A DNA stretch of 62,610 bases, filler included, from Sphacelaria rigidula (Eukaryota), in assembly GCA_964200075.2 (NCBI GenBank). It is 9 parts of 9 records of this genome, joined end to end, with 100 filler letters (N's around TTAATTAATTAA, not from the genome) between each part and the next. Parts side by side here need not be neighbours in the genome. Positions count along the whole stretch, not along the records: positions 48,777 to 55,643 come from CAXNAA020017677.1; positions 55,744 to 62,610 come from CAXNAA020017678.1; 7 more parts are not named here. One strand, written 5' to 3'. Made by a program: the position numbers and the translations under genes. This document shows, in pieces, positions 54,077-62,610 of the stretch (positions within the stretch are counted from its first letter, which is position 1; each line of letters begins with the position of its first letter). The notes under the pieces are model-generated. The model made no database searches. It saw only the letters and a program-made list of their open reading frames with translations, and was not told the DNA's origin.

Positions 54077-54934
54077 TAAAAAGACGAACATGATCTGTTG
54101 TGTTTAGCAGCTCCGGTGTAGGACACGGGTATGCTCCTACCTTCGTGGTTTACACACTCCATTACTCGAGGAGCCTCAGTTATTGTAATCGAGGCAAGAG
54201 TTCCCAAGGTTTGACTAATAATGATTCGCCTGAAAATTTCCTGCCTTTGATGTACTTGATTCGTATCGTGGGCATCAATCCCCAGAGTCCATTTTCAGCG
54301 TTGCACCAACCCCAGGCACGTGAAGTAACGCAGATTATTGTCAGGTGTTTTTTTCAACACCATGAACAACATATCGCGTCGAGGAGGTGTACCGCGTACA
54401 GTATGGAATGTAATATCTAGTGCACTAGACGCGATGTAGTCGATACTGTGCCAAGTACACGTTTTGACAGCGTGATGTACTGTCCAGGGTGTGGTGGTTT
54501 TACCCGCGGTCAGCATTTTTATATCCTCTCTTTGGAGCCGTCAGGCCTTGGAAACTGTAGATTTGATAATAGGAACCAGCGACTATGCAGCCGACGCTTG
54601 GGGGGAGTTGAGGGCATGTCGATGTTCACGTTTTGCACCGGACAGCGTCGTCATTCAATGAGTCATTTGCGCTCAACTAGTCAAATTGAATCGTGTTTGC
54701 ACTTTGCGTAAAACTTTTCCGATGATGGATTTACAGCGACACGAGTGCTTTTGTCCGCAGACGATTCTGGGGTCCCACAACCATAGTGGGACGGGGACTG
54801 ACTTCAGCACCGATCAGTTGATGCGCGACAGTCGCGTCAAAATCGAGTAAAGTAGATGAAGTCCATGGACACTCGTCGGTACCCCCCCTCGTAGTTTTTT
54901 CTTGTGCATGGACATCTTCCATCACTCCTCCTGA

Positions 54935-55192
<258 letters not shown>

Positions 55193-55809
55193 TGATCTAA
55201 AGGTGTGTTGAATAGGGTAGATGCCGGGGTATTTACTCACCCGAAATTTGCAAGGTTGTGCTCGGTAGGGTTTGTGTCCGAAAGCTTTTTTTTTTGTTCG
55301 CACTGTAAACAGTACCGAAATGCGAGTTGAACATTCCGGAATGGTTTGACAGGATGTGGAGGTCTGTTGCAAACACTCTGGCATGACCTGGAAGGGGATA
55401 TTTGCCTATGAAACAAAGGTGGGTAAAGAAATATCCCTGGACCCACACTCTCTTTTTTCCATTTGAGGCCGATTGCGGGGGAGGAGGAGGGAGGGGGTAG
55501 CTCTGTTGCGACCGTGTCCGGGCTGTCAGGTTCCGGTTTTATACCAAATCCCATATACTCAATGCAACCAAGCCCAATCACAAGTTATCTGAGTTTAGAA
55601 CGGTTCGAACGGAGGAGAAGAGTTCCTCCACCTGCAGAGCATANNNNNNNNNNNNNNNNNNNNNNNNNNNNNNNNNNNNNNNNNNNNTTAATTAATTAAN
55701 NNNNNNNNNNNNNNNNNNNNNNNNNNNNNNNNNNNNNNNNNNNCAGATATGCCACTTCAGCCCCATATTTTGTTTGAACCCCAAAATATAAAATCGGCTG
55801 TTCCCTGTT

Positions 55810-58500
55810 GATTTTTCCACAACAAGCAATGCGTCGAGCACTCGCGCTAGTAGCTTGTCCACAACCGGCAGTGGCTCGAGTATTTCCCGCATGGCTTTTT
55901 CCACAACGAGCATACGACTCGAGGTCACGCCTTTCAAATTATTCCACAACGGGCGATGGCTCCGGTACCCGCCGTGTTACCTATTCGACAGCATACACTA
56001 ACTCGGGTAGTCGCCTGTTCAGTTTTTCCAAGACAAGCAACGACTCGAGTACTTGCATTTTCAAGTTCTCCACAACAAGCAAACATTCGAGTGCCCACCC
56101 TGTTTATAATTCGCACATCGGACGAGTCAGTAGTCAAGACGAGTGAACTCGCGGTTTTTTCCTGAAAACACCACGAGTTTTTTTCACAACGAGCAATGAC
56201 TCGGGTGTTCGAGTCTTGAATATTTTACTCAAAACGAGCAATAAGTAGTGCGTTTCAGTCATATTGCTTTTAACAACGAGCGATGACTCGTGTGCTGGAG
56301 TTATATTATTTTATTCACAACAAGCAATGAGTCGTGTGCTCGAGTCCTTTATTTCTTGCCACAACAAGCGATGACTCGGGTGTTCGGGTCTTCGTCTTTT
56401 TTCACAACGAGCAATGACCAGTGTTGTAGAGCCCTAGTGTTTTTGTCACAAAGAGCAATGACTCGGGTGCTCGAGTCATGATGTTTTGTTAACAACGAGC
56501 AATTACTCGTGCGCTCGAGTCATTATTTTCGGCCCAAAGATCGATGACTCTTTTGCTTCAGTCCTGTATTTTTCGTCACAACTAACAATTACCCGTGTTC
56601 TATGGTCATGTCTTATTGGTCACAGCGAGTATTGACTTGTGTGCTCGAGAATTTTTGTTTTCGTAACAAGAGATGACCCGTGTTCTAGAGTCCTATTGTT
56701 TTTGTTACAACGAGCAATGACTCGGGTGCTCGGGTCTTGATATTATTTTCACAACGAGCAATGACTCATGCGTTTCAGTCATTTCGTCTTTGTCCCAACG
56801 AGCAATGACTCGTGTTCCAGAGTGTATTTTTCGTCACAACGAGCAATGACCCGGGTGTTCGAGTCTTCTTTTTTTCGCAAGTAACAATGACCCGTGTTGT
56901 AGGGTCATGTATTATTGGTCACAACGAGCAATGCCTCGTGTGCTCGAGATTTTTTTATTTCGCCACGAGCGAATACTCGTGTCCTAGAGTATGTTTTCTT
57001 GCCACAACGACCAATGACCCGGGTGCTCGAGTCATGATGTTTTGTCAACAACGAGTATTGACTGGTGCACTTGAGTCATTATTTTTCGCCACAAAGATCG
57101 ATGACTCTTGTGCTCCAGTCAGGTATTTTTTTGTCGCAACTAACAATGACCCGTGTTCTATGGTCATGTCTTATTGGTCGCAACGAGCAATGACTCGTGC
57201 GCTCGAGATTTTTTGTTTTCGCAAGGAGCGATGACTTGTGTTCCGGAGTATAGTTTTTGTCACAGGAAGCAATGACTCGGGTGTTCAGGTCATGATTTTT
57301 TTGCACAACGAGCAATGACCCGTGTTCTAGAGTCCTATTGTTTGTGTCACAAAGAGCAATGACTCGGGTGCTCGAGTCATGATGTTTTGTTTACAACGAG
57401 CAATTACTCGGGTGTTCGAGTTCTCGTCTTTTTACACAATTAACAATGACCCGTGTTGTAGGGTCATGTATTATTGGTCACAACGAGCAATGACTCGTGT
57501 GCTCGAGATTATTTGATTTTGCCACGAGCGATGACTCGTGTTCTAGAGTAGTTTTTGTCACAACGACTAATTCCTTGGGTGCTCGAGTCAGAATGTTTTG
57601 TTCACAACGAGCAATGACTGTTGCGCTTGAGTCATTATTTTTCGCCACAAAGATCGATGACTTTTGTGCTCCGGTCAGATATTTGTTTTGTCACAAGTAA
57701 CAATGACCCGTGTTCTAGGTCATGTGTTATTGGTCACAACGAGCAATGACTCGTGTGCTCGAGAATGTGTTTTTCACAACGAGCGATGACTCGTGTTCTA
57801 GAGTATATTTTTTGTCACAACGAGAAATGACTCGGGTGTTCCTAAGTCTTCGTCTTTGTTCACCACGAGCAATGACTCGTGCGCTTAAGTCATTGTTTTT
57901 AGTCACAAAAACCGACGAATCTTGCACGCCAGTCATGTGTCTTCTGTCACAGCTAACAATGACCCTGTTCTAGGGTCATGTATTATTCGTCACAACAAGC
58001 AATAACTCGTGTGCTCGAGGTTATGTTTTCGCAATGAGCGATGACTACTGTTCCAGAGTATATTTTTTGTCACAACGAGCGACTAGTCGTTTTCTAGAGT
58101 CTTTTACTTTTTCGTCAAAACGATTAATGACTCGGGTAATCGTATGTTGTTGTTTTTTCCACAACGAGCAACGTCTCGTGTTCTCGAGTCACGTACTGTT
58201 TTTCACAACAAGCGGTGGCTCGAACGCACGACGGGTCACGTGCCCGAGACATTCTCCTTTCTTAACGAGCAACGACTCGAGCGCTTGGGTAATGTATGTT
58301 TTTTCACAACGAGCGATGACTCGTGTGCGCGAGTCCTCATTTTTCCCACAACGAACAATGACTCGTGTGCTCGAGTCGTTAATTGTTCCAACGACGATGA
58401 ACGATTCGTGTGCTCGAGTCGTAATTCCTTTTTCACAACGAACGATGACTCGAGTGTTTGCTCTGTTCAATTTTTCCACAACCCGCGGTTACTCGAGTGT
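55810..58500 (+). repeat. Tandem array of ~43-bp units, roughly 60 copies
   Basis: Consensus CACAACGAGCAATGACTCG(T/G)GTGCTCGAGTC plus a T-rich linker; more diverged at both edges. Confidence 0.93.
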
Positions 58501-58652
58501 AATGGGACGAATCCAGTCGGTACATGCCAACGAAATCCACCACATCGCAAGTTTCAGATGTCAACCGCGCCATGGCGATAACGTATATTATGCGATAGCG
58601 CTCCCTCACAGAATCTATGACAATCCGACTGCTTCGATACTTCACGTCGCAG

Positions 58653-61600
58653 GAATCGCGACGGCGTTCGGATGAGGAAAGACCCCCACGCGAAAAAGCT
58701 CTTCTTGCGTTCCTAGACTGGTATGCCGACGTATACGGTCAGCACATGCCGCACGAGTTTGCAACATATCTCTACATGCGCAACAAGCAGGTACGTGAAA
58801 GCGGCACTCGGCGGGTCGCTCTCATTCCCGACGCGAGCGGCATCGACTCACGCGGTCATCGTTTCGCATGCACACGATACCGACACCCGCTACGGTCGTT
58901 GACGGACTGAGCACATTCTGTTTTGTAGTTTGCTGGCGCATCCGACGAACATGACCAATATTATCAGTAGCCGCTCTCCGAAACCGAGATACATGTATTT
59001 TTGGAGAGTGGCAGGGAAGCTTGTATTGTTTCCCGTGGGTAGTCACCTGTCGACTGTCAAGGCCACACCTACGCAGAAGCGAACGATATCGTTTGTATTC
59101 GCGCACCACCTCAACATATCCCGCCCGATGCGATCCACGACATATCGCATGAACTATACGACACCTTCGTCGCGGAGGCGATTCGCGTCGGAGAGACAGT
59201 GGTCAGCCGAAGCTACTTTTACCAGAAGCTGCGCGAACAACGACCTAACTACAAGATGCGCTCCGGTTGCTCATTCATAAAATGCCACAGCTGCACACTG
59301 TACCACGACACCCTAAATAGTACCGCAGGCGTGAGAGTGACGGCAGACCCCCAGACGATGGAGAGTGCGAAGGCAGCGCAAGTCGCGCATATGAAGGCAA
59401 GAAAATCAATAGCTCTCTTTGTTGACTAACGATATTTCGGCGCAAGGGCGCTGCCATGATATGATTGGTAAAACACGTCCATGTCGTTCGTCGAGTTAGG
59501 CCGGCTGTCATATCACCATATAGTATTCACCTGATCCGCAGGAAGGTCCGACGGGGTTCCTCATCACAAGCTCTAACTCTCGGAGTATTATTCCCGGGCC
59601 TTGCTTCTGTTGCGCCGCACTCGGTTACTCACCGATTGTCTTTTGTCGCCAGCTGTTTAACGTTTTCTTTTCCATATGCATTTTTTTCGCCCTCGGTTTA
59701 TTCACGGAACATGGCGAGTGCTCCGGTATCACGTTATCACGCGGCAGGCGCGTTGAATATCAAACGCCTGCGCCATTCCGCCCCGTTTCCGTTTCGCGGC
59801 ATGGGATCGATCGCTGAAGGGGCACTGACCCGCGTGTCGTCGTGCCCCAGACACAGCTACAGTGGCCCTGACTTATGACCGTGCATGAATACACGAATAT
59901 TTTGAATTATCATGGTCAAGAAACAACCAGAAGCAGTCCCACTCAGCTATTTGCACTTCGAAGTGGTCCTCTCAAGATGACACCACGCCAACGTCTCGTC
60001 ATCCTCTCAGGCGTTGACAGCAGACCGAGAGCGACTTGCTTCTATCAGCTCCGGAGCCATTCGAGCAAAGGCGAACATGGATCAACTCAAGTTCATCTCC
60101 ATGCAAGCGGACGCAGCGGCCCAGACGGCGTTCGCGTTACCAATGTGCTTGCCGTTGACCCACGGGACAGACAGGTTAGTGAGCGATTGCCACTGCAGCA
60201 CAGCAGCCGCACTTGGCTTCCCCCCTCACCCCCTTCCCCGCGCGCTCACCCGTAGCCCATTGAATTCCGTTAGCCACACAAGGGGTAGGTCGCACTCCCC
60301 CCCACATGTATTTACAACCGGGGCGTGTCTATCGCACAAGCTACACGATGAAAGGAGGCACACAAAACTCCCGTCCTGAGGTCATAACAACCGTTGAGTG
60401 GATGGACGACCAACGCTTGTACTCTGATACGTTATCGTTCACAGACAGGCCTGGCCATTCGCCTTATCTGCAGGGATTGGTATACTACACCCTGCAGGTG
60501 AGGTGGCCCACGTCGTTACTCGCACAGAATTGCTACCCTGACTCATGCCCCAGAGTTTCGGGGTGATGATCGACTCGGGAGTTGCTTCAATCTTTTGAGA
60601 CGATCCCCTAGGTGCTGGCCGGCCATCGGCTCAAGCACGAATGCCGTACATTTCTCCTGATTTGTCGGCGACCATTCGCCATCGTGCTGGTCAATGATCT
60701 AGCGTTTGTACTGATGGACGACAGAAACGAAAACATCGCCACAATGTGTTGTCCAAGAGGTTTAGGCATTGAGCAAAATTCAATAAATGCAATCCATGCG
60801 CTGAATGATTGGCGCTTTCTGAGCTGCGTCCGTACTGATCTCGATATCCTCCCAAAGTTTCGTTTTGTTCTCAAAATTTTTCTGTTGGGAAATTGGACGC
60901 AATAAATATAACACGAATGTTAAGTTCAACGGGTATTGCTTCGCATTTCGCTGTTGATGTCGACAATGGTTCGCGCGCGTTCTTGCCGTTGGTATCAACG
61001 TTTGTCCCGACTGGCAGGGGATATGCGGAACGTCAAAAGATCATGGCGGTCCTGGTGGAAAGGCAGTTCGTGGAGTTCTTCCTGTCTCCCCGGACAGTTG
61101 GAGGGGGTGAGTTGTGCTATTTCCCACGCGATTCACACGCACATACGCACCGATACAAGTCATATTTTATTCGCTGTGTGAACATCGGGTATGTTTCCGA
61201 TCCTCTCCTGGCCGACGGTCCCGGCGAACACTTGAACATCAACGACCCTGACGCCGTCGATACTCGCCTCTGTACAGGGAGCAACCTTGATTGCACTTCA
61301 ATCCACCTGGCGCTCACCAGATTGTTCGACTTGCACTGCGACGGCGATACACCAGCTCACATCGACCAGCTGTTCCTGCAGCTCGACAACTGCGTCGGGA
61401 AGAACAAAAATCACATCGTGCTGGCGTACCTCGGATTTCTGGTGGCCCGCGGGACGATCGGTCGGGTCGAGATAAATGTTATGATGGTCGGTCATACACA
61501 TATCATGGTCGACCAAGTATTCTCAAGGTGCGTCGGGGCGTAAACTATAAATTTATTTTTTGTTCGCGACATTACTGTTTATCTCCGCTCGGTTGTCACA

Positions 61601-62389
61601 ACCGTTGTAGGCTATCCCCAGACACGATGCGGGGAAAGAGCCCTCACGACTTGTGCGTCGGGATGAAGAGGCGGCACCGTTTTACCGTTGCCAACGTAAC
61701 AATGCAGGCGTAATACCACGGCGTAGGTCAGTCAATATTTCATCGAAGTTCGCAATCGTTTTTCCATTTGCTGAGCAGGTTGGTTTCCCTAGTACGACTA
61801 TTCCTGTCCTTGTTGATGTCCGCTTCAAGATCGTGCGGTGCTTCCTCACCATTGGTAGGGCAAGGTTCCGGACAAAGTTTACCTGCGACACGCGAGAAAA
61901 GAAATATACGTGACGCAAGCCAGGAATGACACATTCTTGATTGTATAAACAGGCTTTCGGTACACTGCAAGAGGGTGTGTCTGTTCACGAGACGACAGCA
62001 AGCAGCAGCATTCCGCAGAGCATACACGACCCTGCCAGTGTTCACCACAACTCTTCGCTCCCTGGGGAACTTCAAAGGCGCTGTCAGTGTAGGTGGCCGC
62101 GTGATGCCCATCCGTGGGGTGACTCAGCCCCGGTCATTCGAAATCCGCCCAGCAGGGACTGAGCAGGTTACTGTGGGCATGAAGAAAAACATGCATAACG
62201 CGATTTTCAGAGGGAAAACGCCCGCGGGGATCTACGAGGGAGCCCCTCACCCGCTCTTCCGCATGGGTGTTCTAGATGTTGAGTGCGCACCTCCATTCGA
62301 GCTTAAGGAGGTGGACGCCGCGGTGCGACAGAACATCAAGACTCACTACAACCCCGTGCACTGTCGACTGGCCATCCTTTACCCTCTCG
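58653..62389 (+). mobile_element. Intron-containing Sola-like (DUF7869-type) DDD transposase; exons 58653-58790, 59151-59396, 60011-60174, 61018-61106, 61278-61527, 61953-62389
   Basis: The exons join in phase: FLDWYADVYGQHMP; FIKCHSC...H; MQADAAAQTAFALP; GSNL; LFLQLDNCVGKNKN...LVARG...MVGHTHIMVDQVFSRLS. Confidence 0.8.
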
Positions 62390-62555
62390 GTGCGTGTCGA
62401 TCGCACTCACCCCGCGCAATCACGCAATATTATGACCGTTCTTCATTGCATTTCCCGCGCGCGATGCTGACTGTGGCCCTGGAATTCTCCTCCCGCTAAC
62501 CCCTGCCCTCCAGTCTCGTCCCCATATGGAGTCCACCCGATCCTCAAGACCCCAC

Positions 62556-62602
<47 letters not shown>

Positions 62603-62610
62603 CCGCCCGC

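Noticed and set aside
55810-58500. CRISPR-like array
   Set aside because: Linkers are only ~12 nt, T-rich and homologous to each other; repeats are degenerate; no cas genes; eukaryotic context.
56812-58675. ORFs inside the 43-bp array
   Set aside because: Translations of tandem repeats with no coding signature.
60893-61543. Single 216-aa ORF as the transposase
   Set aside because: It reads through an in-frame intron (61107-61277) and upstream intronic sequence; the spliced model fits the motifs better.

Overview
Eukaryotic, repeat-rich DNA, most likely from a brown alga or related stramenopile (inferred from the CDC48 peptide, short exons in long repeat-filled introns and roughly 50% GC). 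The window is not one locus. It is nine contigs of 6869, 6868 (x5) and 6867 (x3) bp, sorted by size and joined by 100-bp N/TTAATTAATTAA/N spacers, so neighbouring segments are probably unlinked. Recognisable content: (1) a decayed Ty1/copia element; (2) two exons of a FAN/NSMAF-like BEACH-domain gene; (3) LINE debris, microsatellites and a modular duplication; (4) a degenerate ORF weakly resembling uracil-DNA glycosylase, interrupted by a foldback insertion with an apparent 22-bp target duplication, plus a 162-bp hairpin; (5) three exons of a rolling-stone/FAR-17a-like membrane protein; (6) minisatellite arrays and MITEs; (7) a 2.5-kb terminal exon of an unknown Ala/Pro-rich protein; (8) the 5' exons of CDC48/p97; (9) a 2.7-kb array of ~43-bp palindromic repeats with higher-order structure abutting an intron-rich Sola-like DDD transposase. 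tRNA-derived SINEs and several MITE families are scattered throughout.
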